From Verrucomicrobiota bacterium (GTDB lineage: Bacteria > Verrucomicrobiota > Verrucomicrobiia > Limisphaerales > AAA164-E04), in NCBI GenBank assembly GCA_047947115.1, contig CP170459.1, positions 2,075,218-2,139,217 on the forward strand: 64,000 nucleotides of DNA. Direction: 5' to 3'. The translations under genes were made by a program, and so were the position numbers. Below the pieces are notes generated by a model. It searched no databases. It was not told the origin of the DNA and was given only the letters and a program-made list of their open reading frames with translations. This document shows, piece by piece, positions 56,416 through 64,000 of the stretch (position 1 is the first letter of the stretch; each line of letters opens with the position of its first letter).

Positions 56416-57840
56416 ATGAAAAGCATGCATCAACATTGTGGTCGCTTCGAAGCGGTTCATACACGCAGGGATTTCCTCAAGAAGGCTGGGGGAGGTTTTG
56501 GTATGTACGCCTTGGCGGATTTGATGTCGAAAAACGGATTGCTCGCTGACGAGACGCTTCCGGATCCCTTGCACCCCATGGCTCCGCGCGCAGGGCATTA
56601 TCCCGCCAAAGCCAAAGCGGTCATCTGGTTGTTCATGGAGGGCGCGCCCAGTGCCGTGGACATGTTCGATCCAAAACCCGAATTGACAAAACGTGACGGT
56701 CAGCGGATGGAAATTGATGTGTTCAATGGCAACCCGGGCCCCCTGATGAAATCCCCCTTTGAGTTCAAACAATACGGACAAAGCGGAGCCTGGGTATGTG
56801 AACATTATCCGAACGTCGCCAAACATGTGGATGAATTCGCCTTCATCAATTCCTTTTACAGTGAATCAAACGATCATGTACCGGCACTCTATCAAATCAA
56901 TACCGGCATCCCGCGCCCGGGGTGTCCGAGTGCGGGCGCCTGGATTACCTACGGGTTGGGTTCCGAGAACAGCGATCTACCCGGATATGTTGTGCTGGGC
57001 AATAATCGCGGTGTGAAAGGCGGTAATTTAAATTGGAGTTCCGCGTTTCTGCCGACGACTTACCAGGGAACACTGTTTCGCCCTGAAGGTGTTCCTGTGA
57101 TCAATCTCACACGGCCGGGTGACGTCACCCAACAGGATCAACGGGCTCAACTGGACCTCATGTCCAAATTGAATCATCGTCACCTGGCGGCTCGCCCTGG
57201 TGAAGAGGAATTGTTGGGGCGCATTCAGAGCTTCGAGCTGGCCTATCGCATGCAGATGGAGGCTTCTGATTTGGTCGATCTGGAAAGGGAATCAGCCGAG
57301 ACCCGGGAAATGTACGGCGTGGATGAAAAGGAAACCCGTTCCTATGGACGAAAATGTCTCATGGCCCGACGTCTCATCGAACGTGGCGTTCGTTTCGTGC
57401 AGGTTTACAGCGACGGAGAATGGGATGCGCACAGCGATCTCAATGGGAACCACCGTGGACACTGCCGCGCTACCGACAAACCCATTCACGCCCTGTTGAC
57501 CGATCTTAAACGTACGGGATTAATTGATGACACTCTGGTTATCTGGGGTGGGGAGTTCGGACGCATGCCGGTATCCCAGGGCAACGGTGGGCGTGATCAT
57601 AATCCTCAAGGCTTCGGCATGTTCATGACTGGCGCCGGCATCAAGCCCGGTGTGCGTTACGGTGAGTTGGATGAAATCGGATACAAAGCAGCTGTCGATC
57701 GCGTATCCGTGCACGACCTGCATGCCACCATGCTGCACCTGCTCGGGCTCGATCACGAGCGCCTGACCTTTTTCCACAACGGCCGCCGCTTCAGGCTGAC
57801 CGACGTGGCGGGAGAGATCATTCGCCCGGTGTTGGCCTAG
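56416..57840 (+). CDS. DUF1501 domain protein (sulfatase-fold, Tat signal), usual partner of PSCyt/PSD proteins
   Basis: RRDFLKKAGGGFGMYALADL Tat-type leader, plus ...WLFMEGAPSAVDMFDPKPEL... and ...GGEFGRMP...GRDHNPQGF. The gene lies 39 bp downstream of the PSD gene. Confidence 0.9.
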   Translation: MKSMHQHCGRFEAVHTRRDFLKKAGGGFGMYALADLMSKNGLLADETLPDPLHPMAPRAGHYPAKAKAVIWLFMEGAPSAVDMFDPKPELTKRDGQRMEIDVFNGNPGPLMKSPFEFKQYGQSGAWVCEHYPNVAKHVDEFAFINSFYSESNDHVPALYQINTGIPRPGCPSAGAWITYGLGSENSDLPGYVVLGNNRGVKGGNLNWSSAFLPTTYQGTLFRPEGVPVINLTRPGDVTQQDQRAQLDLMSKLNHRHLAARPGEEELLGRIQSFELAYRMQMEASDLVDLERESAETREMYGVDEKETRSYGRKCLMARRLIERGVRFVQVYSDGEWDAHSDLNGNHRGHCRATDKPIHALLTDLKRTGLIDDTLVIWGGEFGRMPVSQGNGGRDHNPQGFGMFMTGAGIKPGVRYGELDEIGYKAAVDRVSVHDLHATMLHLLGLDHERLTFFHNGRRFRLTDVAGEIIRPVLA

Positions 57841-58125
57841 GAAGTGGTCGAAACCCAATTTTAGATTAATGCGTGCGAAGTCATGCTGGAGGTGGAATGA
57901 CTTTTGTGATTCCGACCCCGTTGAGAGACTCGGTTGGCTGCTGTAAGAATCCGTTCGTGCTACTAGCTTTTTGTGGTTTGTCCTTTGGGGCCGGGCGTGA
58001 TGGGGGGCTGGTATCCCTTGGGAAGGTGTTTGGGATTTGAATGGCATAAGGGTTACGCGCCGGGGCGCCACATTCTACCTTTTGGCCCGCTTGACGAACT
58101 TTGATGGTCAGCGTTGAATGGGGGT

Positions 58126-61100
58126 ATGTCAGCCATTGGTCGATTCCTTTTGTGGATGTTTTTTTTGGTGTGTACTGGTTTGGTCGCCCAATCTGCGGAG
58201 CCCGTTTTTCGAGCGGGAGCTGCTCGTGTGGATATTGGTCCCGAGGGATTTCCTGTAAGGGTGAACGCCATGTTCACAGAGCGTTCTGCTGATCGTGTTG
58301 AAGATCCACTTTTTGCCAAAGCCCTGGCGTTGGATGACGGACGTGAGCGGATTGTGGTGTGCGTGGTGGATACCTGCATGATCCCACGTAATTTGATCGA
58401 TCAAGCCAAGCTGCTGACGCACAGAGCGACAGGATTGCCATTGGATCGCATGTTGGTTTCCGCAACGCATACGCATTCGGCTCCTTCGGCCATGGGATGT
58501 CTGGGGAGTCGGGTGGATCCGCGTTACGCCACCACCCTTCCACCCAAAATTGCTCGAGCCATGATCCATGCAATCGAGCGGCTTCAACCGGCTCGGGTTG
58601 GCTGGGGGCAGGTGGATGATTGGGAGCATACCTTCAACCGACGCTGGGTGCGACGGCCGGATCGCGTGTTTGCGGATCCGTTCGGAGTTCCCAATGTCAG
58701 GGCGCACATGCATCCAGGTCACGAAAGCCCGGATGCCGTGGGGCCAAGCGGGCCGGTGGATCCGGAGCTGTCCGTACTTGCCGTGCAGACAATCGATGGA
58801 CGCCCGCTCGCGCTTCTGGCTAATTATTCCATGCACTATTATGGATCTCCTTTGTTATCTTCTGATTATTATGGACGATTTGCGGGTTACATGGGGGCCA
58901 TGCTTGATGCGGATGATGAGTTTGTAGCGATCATGTCGCAGGGGACCAGCGGGGATTTGATGTGGATGGATTACGGCGCTCCTCGTAAGGATACTGGTTA
59001 TGACACATATGCTAAAGAAATCGCCGAAAAAGTGACCACCCTTGTGAATAACCTTGAATGGCAGGATGCCGCGCCATTGGGGATGGCGCAACGTATCCTG
59101 GCTTTATCCTATCGTGTGCCGAGTCCAGAACGACTGGCCTGGTCCAAAGAAAAAGTAGCTGAATTGGAAGGGCGCCTGCCTCAGTCGCAATCTGAGATTT
59201 ATGCATTGGAATCAGTTTACCTCCACGAAAAACAACATACAGAACTTGTCCTTCAGGCGCTTCGTATTGGCGATCTGGGCATCACGGCGCTTCCCAATGA
59301 AGTGTATGCCTTGACTGGTTTAAAGTTGAAGGAGCAAAGCCCGTTTGCATCGACCTTCAATATCGAACTTGCCAACGGAGCTGAGGGATACATTCCGCCT
59401 CCGGAACAGCATGCTCTCGGAGGTTATACCACTTGGGCGGCACGCACGGCCGGGTTGGAAGTGGAGGCTGAACCGAAGATCGTGGAGGCATTGCTTTCTT
59501 TACTGGAGGAAGTGTCGGGCAAAACCAGGCGAACTGTAGGTGCGGATGCCGGTCCTTATTCGGAAACGGTTCTCGAAAGTCACCCGGAAGCCTACTGGCG
59601 ATTGGAAGAAATGAACATGCCGGTTGCGCGCGATGTGACGGGGCAACATGACGGCGCGTTTGAAGACGGTGTGGCGTTGCATCTTCCCGGTGCCGATGAG
59701 CGCAGGGGATTTCAGCCACCTGAACCGCCCACCAAGAATGCTTTTTCCGGAAATGCGATCAATCGCGCAGTTCATTTTGCGGGAGGGCGAATGCGTTCTG
59801 ATGTACTTCTGGACGATGCGTACAGTGTGGAGTTCTGGTTGTGGAATGGGTTGCCAGCCGATGCGCGTGCCGTGACGGGCTATGCTTACTCACGTGGAGC
59901 GGATGGGGACGGCGTGGCGCGTGGTGAACATCTTGGCATCGGTGGAACTCATATGCCTCACTTGGCTGGACGGTTGTTTCTGTTCAATGGAAACGAACGG
60001 AATCAGATCCTGGGTGGGCAGACCACACTTGCGTTGCGGGCGTGGCATCATGTCGTGTTTGTGCGTGAAGGGGAACGGGTGCGGGTGCATCTGGACGGGA
60101 AACAGGAGCCTGAAATCGAAGGCATTTTTAAACATACGATCCCGCAAGGCGAGAATGCTTTGTTCATGGGAGGGCGCAACGACGGATTGTTCAACTTTGA
60201 AGGCAAGCTGGATGAAATCTCTGTTTACACGCGAGCGCTAACCGCATTGGAAATTGAAACACATTACAAGTTTTCCGATTTGACGCCTCCCGATAAGATA
60301 ACCGCTACGGGGCCTTTGGAACCTGCTCTGTCGCCGGAGGAGGCTTTGAAGAAGATTCACGTGCGTGATGGTTACCAGGTGGAATTGATTGTAAGCGAAC
60401 CTTTGACCGTGGATCCGGTGGCGATCGATTGGGATGCCTCGGGGCGCTTATGGGTGGTGGAGATGTCGGATTATCCTTTGGGGATGGACGGGCAGGGGAA
60501 ACCTGGCGGTCGTGTTCGTGTGATTGAAGATAGTGATGGTGATGGAAGCTATGATCGACAAACCTTGTTTGCGGACGGGTTGACGTATCCGACCGGATTA
60601 TTGGTCTGGCGTGATGGGGTGATGGTGACGGCGGCACCCAATGTCTTGTTTCTGAGGGACACCGACAAGGATGGTCGTGCGGATGATCAAGAAGTGTTGA
60701 TCAGCGGATTAAGCACGGGGAATCAGCAACTACGAGCCAACGGACTGCGATGGGGGATCGATGGGTGGGTTTATTGTGCGGCGGGAGGACATCATGGCAA
60801 TTTTGCCAACGGCACTCGTTTACGTACCCGTCTGGGAGAAGTTCAGGTCGGTTCGCGTGATTTTCGGTTTCGTCCTGACACGGGTGAATTGGAACCTTTG
60901 AGCGGACCTTCCCAAAACGGTCGCAATCGGGATGACTGGGGGCATTGGTTCGGGACGCAGAACATGAGGCCTCTGTGGCATTACGTGCTGCCGGATCGAT
61001 ATCTCAGGAGGCAACCGCATGTTGCATCGCCGAGTCCCATTCAGTTGGTGGTGACACCGCTGGGACCGAAAGTGTATCCGGCAAGTTCTCCGGAAAAACG

Positions 61101-63168
61101 CTTTCACAGTTTTAATGAAGCCGGTCGTTTTACATCCGCATGCGGAGGGATGATCTATCGTGATTCCTTGTTGTTCCCGAAGACAGGCAATCAAATGCAT
61201 GCGTTTACTTGTGAGCCTTTTCATAATCTGGTTCAGCATAATATGGTAGTGGATCAGGGAGTGTCCTTTGCTGCACATCGTGATGGGGGTGATGGTGTGC
61301 ATGATTTCTTCGCCAGCGAAGATCGCTGGTGTCGTCCCGTGATGACACGGACCGGACCGGACGGTGCACTGTGGGTGGTGGATATGTATCGCTATATGAT
61401 TGAGCATCCGGACTGGTTGCCGGCTGCCGGTCGTGACGAGTTACTGCCGAATTATCGGATCGGAGACGATCTCGGGCGTATCTATAGGGTGGTTCGAAAG
61501 GATTCTGGCATAGAGCCCCAAACAAAGCTCGATCAACTGTCGATTGCCGAACTGGTCGAAGAACTCAAGTCCGGCAATGGCTGGCGACGTGATCGCGCCC
61601 ATATGATGCTCAGTTGGCAAAAGGATCAGGCGGTTGTGGGGCATGTGAGAAAGCTTGCCGAGGCGACTGCAAATCCGGTTGCAAAGGTGCATGCATTATG
61701 GCTTTTAAATGATTCAGGTGGATTGACCCCTGATCATATTCGAACCGCCTTGAAACATTCGCATCCTCGAGTGCGGGAGAATGCGCTTCGACTTGCCGAA
61801 TCAAGCAAAGAAACCTCGGTGGTGCGAGTTGCCGCGGAGTTGGTGAATGATCCGGATGACAAAGTCCGTTTGCAGTTGGCTTTTTCGCTGGGTGAATGGG
61901 ATCAACCGATGGCAGGTGACGCACTGGGAAAATTGGCGGTGGCATCGGCTGATGACGCGTTTATGAAGGCGGCTGTGTTGAGTTCAGCTACACCCCACTT
62001 GAGAGCATTGGCCGGTGCGGTGATTCAATCGGATTCAACAGTTCAAGGTGCGTTGATGGAATCCTTGATCGAACTTGCGTTCGCATTGAATGAACGGGAT
62101 GTGTTGGCTGAATTGTTGGAACCCATGATGGGTAAATCCGATGAATCCTTCACCTTGGAAACTTATGAATCCGCGACGGCATTCTTTCAATTGGTCAAAA
62201 GACGTGGTTCGAAATGGGGGGATTTGGCCAACCTGGACGATGCCCTGGGCAAGTTGTTGACCCATGTGTTTTCGAACAATGCGGATTCAATTGTTAACTC
62301 CGCGCTCAAAACGGTCAAACAAGATTCGGCAAGCGTGGGATTACGTGCCGCTGCTATTCGATGCGTCGGGGAAATGGCAGAGGGTCGTTCCGAGGTGGTG
62401 GACGTGTTGGTCGATTTGTTGACACCGCAACAGCCGATTTCGATTCAGGAAGCTTCGCTGGAAGGGTTGACTTCTGTGGACGAGTCTTTTGTGGCAGCAA
62501 AGGTTTTGGATCGTTGGGCGAGTTTCTCGCCATCAACCCGTGCTAAAGCGATGCAACTTCTCTTATCCCGCGAGTCATGGACCATTGTTTTACTCGAGCG
62601 GTTAGTCAAAGGTCAGGACATTCCTCTGGATGCCTTGCAACGTGAACGTTTGATGAGGCATGGATCAATACGCGTACGTGAATTGGCGTCTCAAATGCTC
62701 GCTACTCCTTCAGATCGGGCTCAAGTGATCGAGCAATTTCGACCGGCTCTGCGTTTGGGTGGAGATGCCGACCGTGGGCGGTCGGTTTACGAACGGGCCT
62801 GTGCCCTTTGTCATCGAAAGGGTAATCAGGGTAAAGAAGTCGGACCGGATTTGAATTCCGTGGTTCGGCATTCACCTGAAAAACTGCTGGCCAACATACT
62901 GGATCCGAGCGCGGACATTCAACCCGGTTACCACGCATACCAATGTGAGTTGACGAATCATGCTGAAATGTATGGAGTGATCACTTCGGAAACCGGGAAC
63001 AGTCTCACGATGAAACTTGCGGACGGAACGGAACACGTCATTTTGCGTCGTGATATTCGGGAACTGCGCGGAGGGAATCTATCCTTGATGCCTGAAGGCT
63101 TGGAACGGGGTTTGACGCAACAAGACATGGCGGATTTGATCCAATGGTTGAGGACAGAGGTGGATTGA
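58126..63168 (+). CDS. 1,680-aa fusion: ceramidase-N-like hydrolase domain, LamG, PVC-type membrane-bound-dehydrogenase-like propeller, HEAT repeats, C-terminal cytochrome c
   Basis: Signal peptide MSAIGRFLLWMFFLVCTGLVAQSAEP. ARVDIGPEGFPV...DPLFAKALALDDGRERIVVCVVDTCMI...MLVSATHTHSAPS (neutral-ceramidase-N-like). YSVEFWLWNG...WHHVVFVREGERVRVHLDG...KLDEISVYTRALTALEI (LamG, about 59640-60280). VDPVAIDWDASGRLWVVEM... (about 60355-61480). HEAT-like region. CALCHRKGNQGKEVGPDLNSV (CxxCH at 62800-62814). Confidence 0.8.
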   Translation: MSAIGRFLLWMFFLVCTGLVAQSAEPVFRAGAARVDIGPEGFPVRVNAMFTERSADRVEDPLFAKALALDDGRERIVVCVVDTCMIPRNLIDQAKLLTHRATGLPLDRMLVSATHTHSAPSAMGCLGSRVDPRYATTLPPKIARAMIHAIERLQPARVGWGQVDDWEHTFNRRWVRRPDRVFADPFGVPNVRAHMHPGHESPDAVGPSGPVDPELSVLAVQTIDGRPLALLANYSMHYYGSPLLSSDYYGRFAGYMGAMLDADDEFVAIMSQGTSGDLMWMDYGAPRKDTGYDTYAKEIAEKVTTLVNNLEWQDAAPLGMAQRILALSYRVPSPERLAWSKEKVAELEGRLPQSQSEIYALESVYLHEKQHTELVLQALRIGDLGITALPNEVYALTGLKLKEQSPFASTFNIELANGAEGYIPPPEQHALGGYTTWAARTAGLEVEAEPKIVEALLSLLEEVSGKTRRTVGADAGPYSETVLESHPEAYWRLEEMNMPVARDVTGQHDGAFEDGVALHLPGADERRGFQPPEPPTKNAFSGNAINRAVHFAGGRMRSDVLLDDAYSVEFWLWNGLPADARAVTGYAYSRGADGDGVARGEHLGIGGTHMPHLAGRLFLFNGNERNQILGGQTTLALRAWHHVVFVREGERVRVHLDGKQEPEIEGIFKHTIPQGENALFMGGRNDGLFNFEGKLDEISVYTRALTALEIETHYKFSDLTPPDKITATGPLEPALSPEEALKKIHVRDGYQVELIVSEPLTVDPVAIDWDASGRLWVVEMSDYPLGMDGQGKPGGRVRVIEDSDGDGSYDRQTLFADGLTYPTGLLVWRDGVMVTAAPNVLFLRDTDKDGRADDQEVLISGLSTGNQQLRANGLRWGIDGWVYCAAGGHHGNFANGTRLRTRLGEVQVGSRDFRFRPDTGELEPLSGPSQNGRNRDDWGHWFGTQNMRPLWHYVLPDRYLRRQPHVASPSPIQLVVTPLGPKVYPASSPEKRFHSFNEAGRFTSACGGMIYRDSLLFPKTGNQMHAFTCEPFHNLVQHNMVVDQGVSFAAHRDGGDGVHDFFASEDRWCRPVMTRTGPDGALWVVDMYRYMIEHPDWLPAAGRDELLPNYRIGDDLGRIYRVVRKDSGIEPQTKLDQLSIAELVEELKSGNGWRRDRAHMMLSWQKDQAVVGHVRKLAEATANPVAKVHALWLLNDSGGLTPDHIRTALKHSHPRVRENALRLAESSKETSVVRVAAELVNDPDDKVRLQLAFSLGEWDQPMAGDALGKLAVASADDAFMKAAVLSSATPHLRALAGAVIQSDSTVQGALMESLIELAFALNERDVLAELLEPMMGKSDESFTLETYESATAFFQLVKRRGSKWGDLANLDDALGKLLTHVFSNNADSIVNSALKTVKQDSASVGLRAAAIRCVGEMAEGRSEVVDVLVDLLTPQQPISIQEASLEGLTSVDESFVAAKVLDRWASFSPSTRAKAMQLLLSRESWTIVLLERLVKGQDIPLDALQRERLMRHGSIRVRELASQMLATPSDRAQVIEQFRPALRLGGDADRGRSVYERACALCHRKGNQGKEVGPDLNSVVRHSPEKLLANILDPSADIQPGYHAYQCELTNHAEMYGVITSETGNSLTMKLADGTEHVILRRDIRELRGGNLSLMPEGLERGLTQQDMADLIQWLRTEVD

Positions 63169-63395
63169 GATTTGTTGAATCCGTCCTCCCTTGCTGGGGG
63201 CTCTGATGCGGTGGATGAGGGACCATTGAACACTGCGCAGTCAATGGTGAAATTGATCGCTGTCTTCGGCGAAATCAATCCGGAGTGTCGGTTGGAATGA
63301 GTCAGTTTGATCAGCCGATGCAGTCGCCCTTTCCCAGCCTGGAGGCAGATCTTTTGTCATGTTCCGGCTGCAGCACGGCTGCCACATATAAGAAG

Positions 63396-63423
63396 GCCGC
63401 GAAGAGTCAGGACCCTTCGCGGC
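63396..63423. terminator. GC-rich hairpin between convergent genes (possible terminator, mainly for the cyclophilin gene)
   Basis: The 9-nt stem gccgcgaag (63396-63404) pairs with cttcgcggc (63415-63423), with a 10-nt loop. It lies 23 nt downstream of the minus-strand cyclophilin stop. The flanks are only moderately T-rich on either strand. Confidence 0.45.
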
Positions 63424-63446
63424 TTATTCATGATTACAGTCTGAAA

Positions 63447-64000
63447 TTACTTTTTTTCGACCCGGATGGATTCGATGGTGACCGGGGTGCTGGGTTTGCC
63501 GGCGGGGTCGGTTTCGAGGTTGCTGATCTTGTCGGCGATGTCCATGCCTTCAATGACTTTCCCGAACACGGTGTGCTTTCCGGTCAGGTGAGGGGTATCG
63601 ACGACATTGATGAAGAACTGTGAACCGTTGGTGTTGGGACCGGAATTGGCCATGGCAATGACGCCGCGATCTGGTTTTTTGGCCGGAAGTTTTTCGTCGA
63701 ATACGTAGCCAAGGTTGGCATACACATCGAGCACTGACAATGCGTTAACGGTGTTTTGAATCTCTTCGAGTTTCTCCTGGAACTGTTCCTGGCTGCTGAT
63801 GCCTAATGTTTGAAGGACGGGTCCCAGAACGGTTCGCTGAAAGCTTGCCTGATCGCGGATCAACAGCCAGGGGTGGGGCGCTCCGCCTTCTCCCATGGCT
63901 TTCAGATCAGCCAGTCCGAGTCCTTTTGCATTGATTTCGTCCTTGAATTTGTAGCCTGGATCTCCTGTGCCGGTGCCGAGGGGGCAACCTCCCTGGATCA
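63447..64000 (-). CDS. cyclophilin-type peptidyl-prolyl cis-trans isomerase, 5' end outside the window; carries an internal insertion
   Basis: GVIAMANSGPNTNGSQFFINVVDTPHLTGKHTVFGKVIEGMDIADKI is canonical cyclophilin. My translation upstream of the ORF-track Met continues in frame to the window edge: IQGGCPLGTGTGDPGYKFKDEINAKGLGLADLKAMGEGG... Confidence 0.85.
   Translation of the reverse strand, partial: IQGGCPLGTGTGDPGYKFKDEINAKGLGLADLKAMGEGGAPHPWLLIRDQASFQRTVLGPVLQTLGISSQEQFQEKLEEIQNTVNALSVLDVYANLGYVFDEKLPAKKPDRGVIAMANSGPNTNGSQFFINVVDTPHLTGKHTVFGKVIEGMDIADKISNLETDPAGKPSTPVTIESIRVEKK

Noticed and set aside
63285-63623. A 112-aa plus-strand ORF downstream of the 1,684-aa gene.
   Set aside because: Its 3' half is antisense to the conserved cyclophilin coding sequence and its 5' half spans the terminator hairpin, so it is most likely spurious.
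1-64000. Scan for CRISPR arrays, rRNA or tRNA genes, integrons and prophage blocks.
   Set aside because: I saw no short regularly spaced direct repeats, no rRNA-like conserved stretches, and no intergenic region with an obvious cloverleaf. Intergenic space is small overall. A tRNAscan or Infernal run would be needed to be definitive.

Overview
This window looks like chromosomal DNA from a PVC-superphylum bacterium, most likely Verrucomicrobiota. That inference rests on gene content: a PSCyt/PSD plus DUF1501 gene pair, a PVC-type CxxCH heme protein, CotH and lamin-tail proteins, a sulfatase, and a giant protein with an LEPR-XLL-type N-terminus. I support about 28 coding units. I saw no rRNA, tRNA or CRISPR array. 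All domain calls come from reading the supplied translations by eye; nothing was searched or computed.

The dominant feature is one uninterrupted ORF at 23363-46744 (7,793 codons, over a third of the window). It encodes a mosaic, acidic surface or secreted protein. In order it has an LEPRVLLS N-terminus, BNR/sortilin-like blades interrupted by a repeat family of about 75 aa, and an acidic core of about 2,800 aa with no domain I can name. These are followed by RTX blocks, SdrD-B-like domains, six Calx-beta domains and a long RTX-type C-terminus.

A 1,603-aa lamin-tail/LamG/IgGFc-binding-like/HYR protein follows 103 bp downstream behind a strong Shine-Dalgarno sequence. Next comes an ECF-like sigma protein that seems to have region 2 but no region 4. 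I consider this locus (about 21.7-52.7 kb) the best candidate for an undescribed system, but its function is inference only.

Other content:
- a 5'-truncated CotH gene
- a decayed junction of an ISL3 element and an AbiE toxin-antitoxin pair
- a PanF-like symporter with a YhdT-like partner
- two tandem paralogous hypothetical genes
- PQQ-like and RCC1 beta-propeller proteins
- a TolC / adaptor / long-form CusA-CzcA metal efflux operon, translationally coupled to a SAM methyltransferase
- an IS200/RAYT-like Y1 transposase bracketed by REP-like hairpins
- a 1,684-aa ceramidase-like/LamG/dehydrogenase/HEAT/cytochrome c fusion
- a cyclophilin gene that runs off the right edge
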